Shown here: positions 1 through 14,600 of the stretch, in pieces
Layout: each line of letters starts with the position of its first letter
Position numbering within the stretch: position 1 is the stretch's first letter
DNA from: Octopus vulgaris
Lineage: Eukaryota
Assembly (NCBI GenBank): GCA_951406725.2
Contig: OX597818.1
Location: 23,188,001-23,252,000 of the forward strand
DNA: 64,000 nucleotides
Direction: 5' to 3'
The notes under the pieces: model-generated
What the model saw: only the letters and a program-made list of their open reading frames with translations
Database searches by the model: none
Told to the model about the DNA's origin: nothing
Translations under genes and position numbers: made by a program

Positions 1-594
1 TTGTAGGGGTTAGCGTACTGTTGTTATGTTCGTGGTTACAAAATTTAATCTAGTTAAGTTTAGCATCTTTTACTCTGTTAGATGTAATAAACTTGCTGAC
101 GTCCGCAGTGTGAAAAAAAAAAATGCACCACCTGTCACTCTGGAAACCTGTGCCGTACCACTGTGCGAAAACCAACACCTATTAGTGGACATAATTCTAA
201 GCTTAAAAGAAATTCATATCTTAGCGTTCTGAACCGTTGCATTAATCTGATATCATCAGATTATCGTATTCTTTATAAATACTAGTTTCTTCTGCTTTAA
301 ATACTGAAATAAATGATAGGGAAAAATTCCTAATTGAATTAATAAGGATATCCGAACCCGGCAATAATGCAGCCATTTTAGCTACTTGAGCTGCGATATT
401 GCCTCTCAAAGAAAAGAAATGACAACACTTCCTTTGAAGAGAAATTGCTGAGGGGTTTCATTTATTATGATTATGAGTGTTTATGAATTAAAAGATTGAG
501 TGTGCAATTCCTCTTTATGCCATGTGACTGTTGAAAGTAATGAATAAAGAAGGTTAAAATTGCTGATTAAGATGTGGAAATACTGTGGGTAAGT
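1..594 (+). promoter_or_regulatory. Putative promoter / non-coding first exon (possibly of the BTBD17-like gene)
   Basis: CpG dinucleotides visibly more frequent than in the rest of the unique DNA; CRE-like TGACGTC at ~97; YY1-type GCCATTTT at 372-379; consensus donor G|GTAAGT at 589-594. The first coding exon of the BTB gene starts at an acceptor, so an upstream UTR exon must exist. The link between the two is inference. Confidence 0.35.
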
Positions 595-1289
595 AAAACC
601 TGATTTTCCCGGGACGGAAAAGAGAAAGTACTAAAGTATGCAATTTTATTTTATGATTTTGGCGAGGTGGGGTGGGGGTAATTTTAAATGTAATATTTTC
701 ATTGAAGGGTCTCTCTCTCAATTATCATCTTGTTGAATGATAAAATAGCGTGTTTATATTCAATATTTTCAACATCAAATATGTTATAAGCAATAGGGTC
801 GAATGAGGTGATTACAAAAATGTAGGGACTAGCTATAGCGTTATTCTTTAGTCGAGCAAGCAAGAATTGTGAAATATTTTTGCATTCGATCCTTGTTCTG
901 GAGATCTCTTATTACAAAATCCCTTCACTCAGCGTGTGTTTGTGTGTGTATACACGTGTGTGATAGTTCGTAAACAAATCTAACGAAACAATTCACCAGT
1001 TTATTTGTGTATTGATGGAAGTAAGAATGATGCATATTCTTTTGCAAACTATTTTGTATTAAGGTTTAGATTCTGCTATTGAATAAATAGTCTGTACCTC
1101 TATAAGAGTCGAAATCACTCAACAAATAATGTTTTAACTGTCATTTTTCACCATCTTGAAATGAAGTAATCGCTGTTTAGTGAAAACGTCTTCTAGTTGT
1201 AAACAAAAATAATATTTTTACATAGACAGTAAAGCCAACAAAGTGTTGTCGTTGTTACACCCCAGTGCTGCCCCTATCTGGCAAACCCA

Positions 1290-1400
1290 TGAGGACTACA
1301 TTATCCAATGTGTTCTTCCTTTTTAAGAAGCTAGTATTTTGTTTGAGGTCTTTTGGCTGCTGTTTCTAGCAGGGTGAGCTTTTGCATAGAGGCACCCTGG
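1290..1400 (+). repeat. Dispersed repeat family (GGACTACATTATCCAA...TTTGGCTGCTATTTCTAGC), unclassified
   Basis: Diverged copies at ~1290, ~2075, ~3415, ~6380, ~31790 (+) and ~27445, ~32070 (-). Confidence 0.6.
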
Positions 1401-4007
1401 TTGACTCAAGGCTCTCTCAGTAGGTGGAAAATGTGGGAGAATGTGACATTTATGTCTTTTCGTAAACTCATCACTGTTTATGAAGTTTGTATCTTCAACC
1501 CGGGGTGGGATGTATTTACATTCAGTTTACTGGGAATGGATGGGAAGAACCATTGATTCTAGTCCATCTTGTCGAGGTGAGGCCCTACTTTTTTTTCCTA
1601 CTTTTTACTAGAATGGATATTTTAGTATACAGAACTTCATTAATCATTAAACGAAGAATACTTTTTTCCTGTGTATTTTCTTTTACTTTCGGGGGTCTTT
1701 TTATATATGTATCTTTACTGTACGTTATCCTGTGGTACAAAAAGTACCCGAAAAGATACACACAAAGTAGACAAAAATACAAAGGATTAAATTAAATCTT
1801 ATTATTTTATGAGGTAGACATTTATTATTCGTCACTAGTGTCTACAATGATTCGTCTACCATCAGTTGAGACGATTCACACTTCTCATTTGAAATATTTT
1901 CATATTTACACCTTAAACGAGCTATAAAAAGCAACACAGAAATTAGTTTTAAAAATTCATTTTCTGTACCATATAGGAAAGAAATGAAGGAAGATTAGGA
2001 AATTTACAAATGCTATGTTGCTAGACTTGTTATGAAAGGTGTTCCAGCTGCGACACTCATTTTATATATTTAGTACTACATTATCCAAGGTGTCGATCTT
2101 TTTTTAAAGGAGGGGATTTTACTATTATTTCCAACAGGTCCGATGACCACATAGAAATTTCCTTATTCCTTTACATGCTTTGTAAAGTCTCATTCTTGCT
2201 ATACTTGCTACACGATACGGCTAAATAAGAAACAATACTATGTTTTTGAGTTATATAACCTGACAAAATTATACATTTATAATTAAAATAAATTGTTCAG
2301 ATCACGATACCTCGGCCTATTCTAAAAAGAATGTTAAAGCTAGAGTAATATTTGTTTCATGTTATCCATTCATCTTTTCCTACTCTCTCAAAATACTTGC
2401 ATAGGTCATGTTTTGAGTAATTATATTATGATTCTATTTATTAATGTTACACATTATTTTCTTTTTGTCAACGATAATCTATATTAATCCCTAATAGTAA
2501 ACTGTTTTTGTCAAAAAAGAAAAAGAAAAAAAAGCTTTGCTGATGTATATTGCATATGAAGCTGTTTGAGACTAAAGTGATGCCAATTATTTGCTTACAC
2601 TTCTTTCTTCATTACTTTTAGTGTCATTGATTCATTACACAGGCTGACAGTAGCATTTTTTTCTTTTTAGGTTAATTCTTTTCATAAATCAGAAAGATTT
2701 GTATGATCAGTGCTTATAGCCTCTTCTCTTGTGTTATGCAAATGTGAGATAAATTTTTCTGCTTGGATGGGTTGTTATATTATGTAAGTTTCTCCTGTGA
2801 AGTAAGACACCTATCTGAATGAGCTAAGACAAGTGGAACCAAGTGTTTTGCCAAAAGGCAAACTGAAATGCCAGTCCTGTACTATATTCATTGGGCCATT
2901 TACTTTGTAAGTGTGCTTGTGTATTTCACACATAACAATGAAGCCATTCTATTATATGTCAAGTATCAATGATATTTCTATAATTCTATTATTTTTCGTG
3001 GTACTAGCAATAACATTGTAAAATCAAAACCTCTTAATTCACAAAGGAAGCCTTGAGATTCCTTTCCCTTAAAAATACACAAAGGGTTCTTCTGAAGATT
3101 GTTTTTGGTTCTCAACTATTAATTTTTGATTTTTCTCATGAAAACTGTTAAGAATGTAAACATCTATTATATGCACCATACATTGCCAGATGAAGTAAAT
3201 TTATATGAATAACATCTCTTTTCTATTCAACAATATAACACATGGCATCTTTATACTTATGAACTGTAGACATTAATGTAATCAGTGTTGTTAACCTTGA
3301 TAGAAAGTTATGTGGTAAGAGGGTTCTGCTGGGAAAAGTCATGTAACTTCTGGACAAGAAGACTTATTATCAATAGCATTCTAGCCATGCCATCTCTTCA
3401 GACATAATTTATCTTGGACTACATTGTCCAGTATTTTTTTTTATAGATGACAGTTTGATTTGAGAGACTTGGCTGCTATTTTGAGCAAGTCAAGTAACTA
3501 TGTAGAGGCTCCTTTATCAGTACAGGCTGTCTCATTGGCTTGTAAAGGAAAAGTGCTTAGTATAGGTTATTGTAAGGAAAGTGTTTTTAGTAAAGGTTAA
3601 GAGTTGGAAATATTTGACAGAGTTGAGTGTATTGAGTATTACACTTGTTTCTCTTACAGACCAAGCATGGGAAGAGAAGACACAATTCAAAGTTAAATTT
3701 AGCAGTGGCAGCAGTGATGATAAATGTGTGTAGCAAGCATCTGATATTGTAATGACTGATGTACTATAAAGTATAGGCTAAAGTACAGTTTGCTCTGAAG
3801 GGAAATCCAATTGATTTTTAGTTATGCTTCCAAAATATATTAAATTAGAGCTATTTATGTCTTCCATGTTAAAAATATTTTAGATGCTTTCAGTTCAATG
3901 TTGGCCTTGATGCTTTCTTTCGATTTTCACCAGCACACTTCCTTGAAATAATGGTAAATTAGTAGTGCTTGTCTATTGATCAGTAATAAACTGTATCACA
4001 TGATGTA

Positions 4008-5312
4008 CAAGGGTTGGCTGAAAAGTTCATAGATTGACTAAGATACTCTCAGAGAATGTGACCAAATGAGGTTTATTTTTCAAAATAGTCCACCCCCACT
4101 GCAGTCCACTAACTTCTTCCATCAGTGTTGCAGTACTTGGATCCCATTGGTGAAAAAGCTTTCATCCTGTTGGTCAAAAAATGTCATCATGGTGGTGCCC
4201 CAGCATGGCCGCAGTCTAATGAGTAAAACAAGCAAAAAGAGAAAACAGTAGATATGATGTCATCATCACTGCAATACTGGTTTTCAGAAAAGTGTTTTTC
4301 CATGTTGGGGAACAGATGATAGTTAGATGGGGCCAAATGGAGAGAGAATAGGGTGGGTGATCAACGAGTTCAAAGCCAAAATCATGCAGAGCAGCTGTTG
4401 AAAGCAAGGGCTTGTGTACTGGAGCATTGTCCTACCGAAACAAAACTCCTTTCATCAGTTTTCCAAGGCATTTGGTCTTGATAGCCTTTCTTAACTGCCT
4501 CAGCAAGTTAACATGATGGTGTGACCCTTTTGAAGATAGTCAATAAACACAATACTTTTTGCTTCTGAAAAAAACTGAGGCCATCACCTTCTCTGCAGAT
4601 GAAACAACCTTGGCCTTTTAGGAGTAGGTGAGGAGGGGTGTTTCCACTGCATGGATTATCATTTTGTCTCTGGCACAAAGTGACGAAGCCAACACTCATC
4701 CTTTAGGAAACTTTCAAGGAACCAACTGGATCTGCCTCAAACAAGTCAGATTTTCTCATGATGCAATCAACCTGGTGTACTTTTGATCAGGTGATTGAAG
4801 ATGTAGCACCCACTGAACAGAAACTTTTTTTCATACTGAGTTCATTGTGCTGAATATTCTCAACTCTCATATCCCATGAGTAGCATTGGCTTTTTGATTT
4901 ATAGTCAATTGCCTGTCATCCATTACCATGTGGTGAGCATGCTCAATGTTTTCCTTGGTGGTGACATTTGCAGGACATCCAGATCTTCGATCATCTTCAA
5001 AACTCTCCCTTCCCCCTCCTAAATTCAGTTATCCACTTTTGCACTGTTGATAAAGCTGGAGTGTGATCCCCTAATGTAGCAACCATCTTAGCATTGATGT
5101 TGTTTGGAGTTAAACCGTTATTCTGCAGGTACTTGATAACACCACAATGCCAAATTGTGTTCATTTTCATGAGAAGTGGACACTAGTTACTTTTCAAGTC
5201 TTCTTTAAACAGTCAGATGTCAGTTTACCTGGAAAGAAACTATGCAGTTATTTATAAGAAAAGTTGAAATTAATGCATGCAAAATTTCACAGTTCTAGCA
5301 CCACTCCTTCAT
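4008..5312 (-). mobile_element. Degenerate mariner transposon (Hsmar2/irritans-like), one TIR lost
   Basis: Minus-strand peptide LHDFGFELVDHPPYS matches the mariner HPPYSPDLAPSD region; TA at 4006-4007 followed by TIR-like CAAGGGTTGGCTGAAAAGTTCATAG; many frameshifts; no matching TIR seen at the other end. Confidence 0.8.
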
Positions 5313-5704
5313 TTACTAAAAGCAATTGTATGTCAGCCAGGTAAAGCTATCCAGCATATCTTGTAACACATTGAGTTGCTGAAACACTATGAAAATGGGT
5401 GATGAAAGCGCAATATTTAATTTGTATGGGTTAAAAGAGAAATAATATAGGAGTGGTTAATTGACTAAAACAGGAAGAGTTCAACAAAACAGATATCATC
5501 CAAAACCTTATCCATACTATTAGAATTCTGGCCAACGTAGGTGTTCACATTAAAAAAAAAAATAAGGCATTTAATGAAGTTCCCATTTTTGAAAAACTAC
5601 CTAACAACCCATTGGGTTATTGGAACATCACTAAAATATCTTTTTGTAGTGATTTAAGAATGAATACACTGGAGTGGGTTCTGTTGCTTTTTATTTTTCT
5701 ATGC

Positions 5705-5968
5705 ATATATGTGATATCACAGTATATATAATAGTGTGTTACACTATTTGACAAAAGCAAATCTTAAATTTCAATTGCTTAATCTATAAGGAGAAACAAT
5801 TTAGTAGAAGGAGCATAATGTAATTGAAAACTGATGAAACATTTTTCAATTACATCATGCTCCTTCTACTAAATTGTTTCTCCTTATAGATTAAGCAATT
5901 GAAATTTAAGATTTGCTTTTGTCAAATAGTGTAACACACTATTATATATACTGTGATATCACATATAT
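5705..5968. repeat. Near-perfect inverted repeat, 126-bp arms, 12-nt loop
   Basis: 5705-5830 is the reverse complement of 5843-5968 with one mismatch; loop CTGATGAAACAT. Confidence 0.95.
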
Positions 5969-7009
5969 TAACAATTCGGAAATATTGATTTCAAATCTTG
6001 GCACAAGGTCAGAAATTGATTGCATCAACTCCAGTACTCAACTGGTACTTATTTTATCCAACCCTGAAAGGATGAAAGGTAAACCTCAGAATGTGAAGAC
6101 AGTGTGCTAATGATTCTGCCAGCTTGCTGCCTTAAACAATTTGGAAATATTGATGTATGTTAGTAATGGTAAATTGATGATTATTATAGTTTTAAAACAG
6201 TGACAATCAAGGAAGTAGTGTTAAAATTAATGATTGAACAGTTATTAACTACCTCTGACTAAACTAGTGCATTAATTCATTAGAAATAGCTTTTGTTGTT
6301 TAATCCTATAAGAAACCTGATTGAACATTTCTATGACAAAAGATATTTTATCTATAACCATTCCATTTTTTAAGCATACGTAGGACTATATTGTCTAATA
6401 TATGCTATCCTTAAGATGCTAGGGTGTAATTTGAGGGATATTTGGCTACTATTTCTAGCTAGTTGGAGGGCAGTGTAGAGGCTCCCTTTTTTATTTATAT
6501 TTAATGTTATATTGCTTATATAAAACTGACAATAATGAAGAGGAAGATGATCAATGAAACACTATCCTTTTTCATCTGTATGAACTACAAAGTATTTTAG
6601 GAAAATATTAAACATTGTTTGTATCTTGGATCACTTTAATTACTCCATTTACATTATGGTGATTGCTTAGTGAAAGAAGCATTAAGCATTAACTTTATGT
6701 TATAATACAATTATTGATTTTAACATCGTTCTATTTGAATGCATGAATTATTTACACTGATTCTATCTCTAAAAATTCCATTTAAGGATTAATACTTTTA
6801 TTAAGAACTCGCACATCTCTTGTATCTGTGTCCTTAGCCTTCCTTTATGATCAATAGTTGTAGTATTTTCTCAGCTTACTATTCTCTCTCTTTTTATATT
6901 ATATGCAAAGTACTACCATTTTACACATTCAACATATCCAAATACTAAAAAAATTGGGTGCCACTATTTTTTTACAATTGCTCAACTGATTGCTTGTGTG
7001 TCTGTTCTG

Positions 7010-7230
7010 ATACTGATTTCAAATTTTGGCAGAAGACCAGCAATTTCAGGGGAGGGGATTAGTCAATTATATCAACCCCAGTGTTCAACTAGTACTTATT
7101 TTATCAAACCTCAAAAGGATAAAAGGCAGTGTCGGCCTTGTCAGAATTTGAACGCAGAACATAGAGATGGATGTAATGCTACTAAGTATTTTGTCTGGTG
7201 TGATAATAATTCTGCCAGCTCACTGCCTCA
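7010..7230 (-). mobile_element. tRNA-derived SINE (GGCAGTGAGCTGGCAGAA... family), diverged copy
   Basis: Reverse complement of the family best preserved at 56683-56904; other copies at ~5985-6135, ~8545-8680 (+), ~32225-32360, ~32890-33245, ~48130-48240, ~51220-51345. Confidence 0.7.
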
Positions 7231-10200
7231 TGTCTGTTCTGATATTGCAAAATGTTTGAGAAAGAGTGAATTCCTGTAAAGGTAGACAAGGAGTAAGTGG
7301 CAGCATTAAACCAAATGACATATTAAACCTACCACCTAAAAACAGGAACAGTTCATTTGATAGGACTTCCACACAGTTTCCACCTACCCAGTTTCACTCT
7401 CTAGGCTTGGGTTGACTTAAGTCAATGACAAAAAATACTTGTCAAAAGTTCCATACAGAAGAATTGAACTCAAAACAATGTGATTATGAAGCAAACTTCT
7501 TAACCTGACCATGCTGGTGTTGATATGTAAGAAAAATTCATCTTTGTTTTTGTTAACCTTTTAGTGAATATTTGGCCTGATAATTTAATGGAATGAGAGT
7601 GGGGTTCACATCAAACATAGCTATAATTTAGAAAGTGAGACTTAATTTTTAAAATGCTTTAGATCTCTTTGGCTTCTGTCTGTCCTTTACATTCCCAGCA
7701 CATGGTCATTCAACATTTGTTGTCAGTGAAAGTGATATGTAATTCATTTAAGTTACATTTAACTTTTATTTTGGATTACAAATATATTTTCAAGTATATA
7801 TCTAACTTCTTTTTACAATTTTCTTTTACTTTTATGAAAAAATTTGCTTCTTCATATTTTAAGAGTTATATTTAACAATTCTGCAAAATATTTTCTTTCT
7901 GGTGTCTTTTATATGACTACTTGGTTAAGATATTGGTCAGATTCACAGCATGCTCAAAATAAGCTGTAAAAAGTTAAGTTTCACTCTCAGTTGGAAGGTT
8001 ATCCAGCTGTATCATATAATTCAGTATTTTGTACTAGAATTCCTAACTAGATAAATTATCCTTATACATGATAACTGAAAATCAAATGTGAACTGTTAAA
8101 AAGAGCCAAAAAATCTATGTATTTAGATTTATATAATCTTGATTACAAGTTTAGATGGAACAATCCTACTCTCTCTCCCTCCTCTCTCTTACCTTTCCTT
8201 CCAAAAACTTCATATTTTCTTTGCACTTCTTCCTCTAGAGTTTTAATAATAATAAGGGCTTATGGAAAATACTATTCAACAAAGGATTGGATGGAGTGCC
8301 ATGTTCTTGATAAGCAACTGAATCCATGAATGGAAAGTTAGTATTTTTTGTCTTTTTTTTTTATTCTATGGCATAAGACTTGATTGGGTTTTAGATATTC
8401 AAAATTCTGTGTTGCATCTATAAAATAACAATGTCTCACTTTACACTCCAAGAAATGGAAAATTTTGTTACTAAGGTGAGTTGGCAGAATCATTAGTACA
8501 CCATACAAAAAGCTTAGCATAATTTCTTCTAATTCTTTACATTCTATGTTCAAATTCTGCCAAGGTCAACTTTGCCTTTCATTCTTTTAAGTGTACCAGT
8601 CAAGTACTGGCATCAATGTAACTGACTTGTGTCCTCCTCTCAGAAACTGCTGACTTGGTGCCAAAATTTGAAAGAATTACTATTTCTCCTTTACACAGTA
8701 TGGATCTAATTTACTGAATTTTCTTCAAACTAACTGTTAAGCCTTATCAAAAGGCTTTAGACAGAACATATCTTCATAATCTGAGCTGTTCTAAGCCTGA
8801 TTTTTGGAAGCACTTACATCTGTCTTAATGTCCAATAATTCTAAGTAGTACAATAGCTAGTTTTTGTCTTTTCTTTTACTTTTTTTTCCACTGGATTGAA
8901 CCTAATGCTATCATCATCATCATTATTTTATGCCTATGAAAGATCTGGCTAGCAGTCAAGTCCATCACAAAAGCTGCTTTTCCACTTTTCTTTGAACAGG
9001 AGAGGAAGTCAGTCTTTTGTTTGATAGCCATGGCAAAAGATGTTTTATAGTGGGCATGACTGAAAAGACACTGATGACAGATGCTTACATCCTTCATTTA
9101 TATTCTTATCAACTACTCAGAAATGAAAGTGCTGCTTTCCTGTGAATATGTTAAGTGGATGAGCATGCTGGAGAACACAGCTGCTAAAAATTCCATGCCT
9201 CAGTAGTCAGAATTATCTCGGATCTATGGGGTTCATTGATAATTGGCCCTTATCTGGTTGTTCCCCTATTGGTATATCTTATTTTATACGTTTTCTAAAC
9301 TGTTCATTTTTGTTCTTATGTTTCTGTAATTTATTCTGTTTAAATTCACCAACCATTTTTACAGTTTTTCCATATAATGTATCCTTCATCCACTGCCCTT
9401 GTTGAAAATATTACAAGGGCAGCAGATCAGCAGAATTGTTGTGTATAGATATTTAGCTACTTAATTCTTTTTTTAACCTTTCAAAATCCTGTTGGAGTTC
9501 AGTTTTGCCTTTCCATAACATCAAAGGTTTGTAAAACATGCATTAGTCTAGTACTGGTATCAATTTTATAAACTACACCCACATTCCATATACTGGTTTT
9601 AGAAATCCTTCTCTTCATTAAAATTATTTACATTTCAACAGAGTGATCTTATACCAATTGTTTATGAGAGAGAGACATAACAGATGATTAACTGTCCCTC
9701 AGATTTTCTTTCTTCTACTACATTTCAAGAACATTCCTCAGAATCCAAATTGTTCTTAATAGTGCTGTCTTCTGAAAGAAGTTCTTTGTGTATCTCAGTT
9801 CCAATTTTTATAATCTGTGTTGAATTTTTCTTTTAATTATTTTAGTTGTTACTGTCCCCAGGACACCTACTTCTCTCATTAACATCATTAAAATCCTTAT
9901 TGTTATCTCCATTGAGCACCATAGAGTAACAAATAGCTTTACAATAAACCAACACCACTCTTTAGTTTCCATTTTTGTTATTGCAATGACTGACAGATGA
10001 CCATAAATGGTCAGTGGGATAACAGCAAGTTGAAAAGATAAATTGGTCAACTAAAAGGACTGAATGTTCTCAAAGATTTACACTGGTAGATGAGGGAAAT
10101 GCCAAGTGGATTGGCTATGAAAGCACAATTCAACCATAACTTTGATTCTTTGGTAATCCATTGCAGTTTCATCTCCAGATCTTGCCTGTCTCATGTTTCA

Positions 10201-12479
10201 TGTGCCACAGAGGAAGGTCTTTAAATCACAGTACATGGGTCACCTCCTGCAAACCTATGTCATTGGAAAGTAATGTGGCCAGTACTCCAAACACTGGGAT
10301 AATAAAACTCCTTCAGAGGATTAAATATATTGGGACCAATATAATACAATGAAATCTTTAGTAATAAAATAAACATGCTCTCCTGTAAAGTGGACTCCCT
10401 AATCAAAGGTAGGGTTAAGGTTTGGCGATAATTTGTATTTGGTTAAAAAGTTTGCTTCCTAATTGTGGTTTTAGGTTTAGTCCCACCAGCAGTACCTTGG
10501 GCCTTATACCATAGATCCCAGGTTAAATATGGCCTTGTGAGACAGAAACAGAAAAAAGACCTTCATATGTATGTGTGTTTGTGTCTGTATGCATGTATGT
10601 GTGACTGTGATTCTTTATATTTGCACTTCCCTGAAAATTGCAAGCTATGAGTGGTTATGTTATCATTTCCCCTGTCAACAAATCATCTGCTGGTTTTATG
10701 CCTTCAAAGATGTGGAAAATTAGAAATCCTTTACATGAAAAAACAAGTAAGGGTTAATAACAAAAAGGACATCTTGCAATAAAACAATGCCTCAATAATA
10801 TATTCATCGAATCCATCCTTGTGTGGAAAAACAGATGTAAAATGAAATAAGAAATTAATTTCAAATAACATGAATTTGTTATCATTGCCATATTTCTCCA
10901 TACTATCTGGCAACAGAAGCTGAAAGTTTTTATTTCCACTGATTCAGAAGATATTTTCTAAACTTGAAATAACATGTGTTTAAAACCTTGCACAATTGAT
11001 CAATACGTCCATGAAAACATGTCAGGCCATAGAGAAATATTACCTTACCTGGAAACAGGTGAGGGTAGAGGATAGGAAAATTGTCTGGGTGTAGAAAATC
11101 TTCAACAAATTCTGTCTAACCCATGCAAGCATGGAAAATGGATGTTAAGTGATAACGATCTATATATATATATATAAAGTGATTGGTGTTAAGAAGAACA
11201 TCCAGCCATAAAAACCATGCCAAAATAAGTGTGTGGCTTAGTGCAGGCCTGTAGCTTGCCAGATCCTGTCAAACCATTCACCCTATGCCTTCATGGAAGG
11301 ACGATGATGATGATGATAATATATATATATATATAATTAAGATCTGGCATTTTTATATATTTAACTTCTCTAAATGTTGGTCTGAAGTGTTAACTCAAAC
11401 AGTTAACGATAAAAGTAGATTTACTTGACCTTCATTCAAGAAACTTGTATTGCTGCATTTAATATAAAACAATTTGAAGGCATTACAGTTCAACTAAAGA
11501 TTGAAATATAAAGCTATTTATATTCTATTGTGGACATTACAAAAATTAAAGTTGGCTTAAATACTTAAGGAATAGAACAGGTACTGAAGCATAATTTCAT
11601 TTTAAAGCTTTCAGAAAAATGCCATTTTATTTGAGGTTAATTTTTCTACTCTTTTCGTTGTAATTGTAGTTGGTCATTGGATTAAAACAAACAGTTGGTT
11701 TGTTTAATTTGAATTTGTGTTTTGAATGATATGCAAGCTTAAGTGTTGAAAAGCAATTTCAAAAATGTTCAAATGGCATTTGTATTTTTATAATACTGGT
11801 AAGGAAATAAAATAACAGTAAAAATATAATACAAAAGCGGGGGCTTATTTTATGATTTCCAGTAAATGCCCTCTTGCATGTGCATTAGATAGAATACTTC
11901 ATGAAAACTATTCAAATAAATTAACCCATGCTAGCATGGAAAAGAACTATTAAGTAATGATGATGATTAAGATTTCCAATGTCAAACAGCAAAGTATAAC
12001 ATACCTACTTGTGGTGGATTTAGAAGAACTATCATTTAGAGACAATATCAATTAAATAATTAACACCTAATTGTTAAAAGGCTTCTTTTAATATTAATGA
12101 AAATTGAAATGTCACTGAGTTTAATCAATATTTATATTGGTTCTGTTAGATGTATCAAATGATAAGAAACTAAGATTAGTTGTTATTGAAAATCCCATTT
12201 GTTACAATATAAACTAATAAATATTCTGCCAACTTTTAGATATTGATTAATGCATAATTTACACATTCTAATGATTTCTGCTTATTCATTTAGTTATGTG
12301 TATTATGTGCTGAATATGATTTGTTTTTCCTTGCTGTCTTAACTGGAATTTTTTCATAGTGTAAATACAATATATTCCACTTCTACATTCATTTATTTCC
12401 ATTGTAATTAATAGGGAAAATAGTTCTTACACATTAATATATTGTTTTTCTTCCACATTGTACATTTTCCTTTTTCTTC

Positions 12480-13770
12480 TTCTCCTTCATCATCATTTTT
12501 ATGCCTATTTTTCTATACTAGGCTTGGGCTGGATATGATTTTTTTCAACACAGTCTTTTCATTTGTCATTATCTTTCATCACTTCCTTTATGAAACCAAC
12601 TATTCTGATCTCAGCCCTCACCACTTTTGTTCATGTCTCTTTCAGTCTTATTTGTCGGCAGGCTCCTGCTTGCATTCATCCAATTGTCATTCTTCATACA
12701 CATCACTTGCCCATACCATCTCAGTCTTCTCTCTTGCTCCTTCTTGCTGTGGTAACACTTCTTGTAGAGCATTCTTACTACATTGCTTTCTTGCCTATGC
12801 ATTCATTGTACTTTGTGCACAAGCATCTAACAGTTTGTTCTTCACTTGCAGAAAGAAATCTGAAACCCTTTCTTGTCAACAGAGGTAGTTAGTAGCTCAC
12901 TGAACTTTCTCTAGTCAATCTTTACTTTTATTACCATACCTTTGTAATACATCATTGCTGAAGACATCTCCTCAGTAACAGAAGTTATAAACTACTTCTA
13001 ATGAGTTTTCTTGACAACTAAGAGATTTCATTTATTTGGTGCTCTTACTGCTAGTTACTCATGTGCATCTATTATACATACCTGGAATCCTACTGTACTT
13101 TTTTGGGTACCAGTTGTTTGCATTGCTTACACAGTATAAAGTCCTTATCAATTGCCTTTCTGCGTATCAAGTTTGGCCACTTCTCAGTTGGTGGTGTTCT
13201 GTTTCCTTTCAAGTAAAATATGGATCTCTACTACATGGATCTTTCAGCTTCTCAGTCCTAGATCTTTCTTCCATGTTTGGAATTTTTCTAATTTTTTTAA
13301 CTGATTTCATTGAGGTCATCAACTTACAGCAGTTGCTATGGGATGCCAATCTTGAACTACTCTGTTATTATTGAGAAAACTGTAATCAACAGGAAAAAGC
13401 TGGGAAACCAAACATTTATGGATACTAATTTCTGGCTCTCACTGGCTACTCATCTGCCTTCAGTCTTCTTAATAATTATAAGACTATAGAATATAGTATC
13501 CTATTAAGGACCTTCTTCAAGTCAAGAATGTTATGGTTCATTCTTGACCAAAGCCGTCTCTTGTTGTTACTTCCCTAAGAAAACTATACCCTGGTGGTTC
13601 TCTGTCTTGGTACAAACCCATCACCTCTAACTTAGCTCTCAATTCCTGAAGGCAAAATATATGACATCACAGATACACCCTCACTTTAACATACTTGATT
13701 TCATCATTGTGAGATATGATGACCTCAAGGATGTTCTCATCACCCATGTTATGAAAGAAGCAAACTGCTT
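12480..13770 (-). mobile_element. Old, fragmented RTE-clade LINE
   Basis: Minus-strand QERRLRWYGQVM matches the RTE C-terminal RLRWYGHVxRM motif; (CAT)n-like tail at ~12487; endonuclease-like remnants upstream. Confidence 0.6.
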
Positions 13771-14600
13771 TTACTGATAATTTATCCCTCTCTCTTTCTA
13801 TCTGTTTATCTGTTTGTATCGTTTATATCTATCTGTCTGTCTGCCTGCCTACCTACCCATCCACCATCAGACACATACACATAAACATACACACTATTTT
13901 TATTTTTTACAAACAGTTCTTCTATATTTCTCTTTTTTTCTAATTTTCATTTTTCCTATTTCTCTTGCTTTTTTATGTTGTCTTTGGTTAGACAGCTTAT
14001 CTTATTCAGCAGACCTTTTACATTGTATTTAAACGTTGGCCTAATTCTGCTCTGCTTGTTAACTTGTAGTATTTGTTGTACTCATTTCACATCTCTCAAT
14101 TCTTTGTCTCCCACAGCCTGACTTCTTTTCAAATAGGCACTTGCAAATGCACCGAATAGCAAAAGAAAAACGATAATAAATGACATGCATTAAGTAAAAA
14201 GCTTTCAAAAGAATGTGCTTATTTGTTGCTTTTGAATTGATTTAGCAGTTTTTAGCACTAGTCAACTTTTGCAATATGGCTTATTCTGACCTGTCTACTG
14301 ATTCTATTTCCAGATAAGCCACTCTCCCAGTACATCAGTAGTCTCAAATCATTCTGTTTAGAAGCTCAACAGACTGCTGACCAGTTAACAGGGATTCTGT
14401 GGAATGGGCCTTCTGCTTGTTACAAGCAAATATCAGACGCAAAGTGTTTCCCAAGCTTTCCCATTTCTAAGTGAGCATCATTATATTTTATGTCTACTTT
14501 TGTAATCCTGGCATGAAGTTTGAATGTACAGATGAGAAATTCAGAATTATCTGAAAGAGAAGTTTGATTCACTTTTTTCTGCTTGGGTTTAATTCTTTAA

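Noticed and set aside
9808-10340. Possible Helitron PIF1 helicase remnant on the minus strand
   Set aside because: Only faint similarity (FQLAxxxLTI, KLFVTL); not supportable without a profile search.
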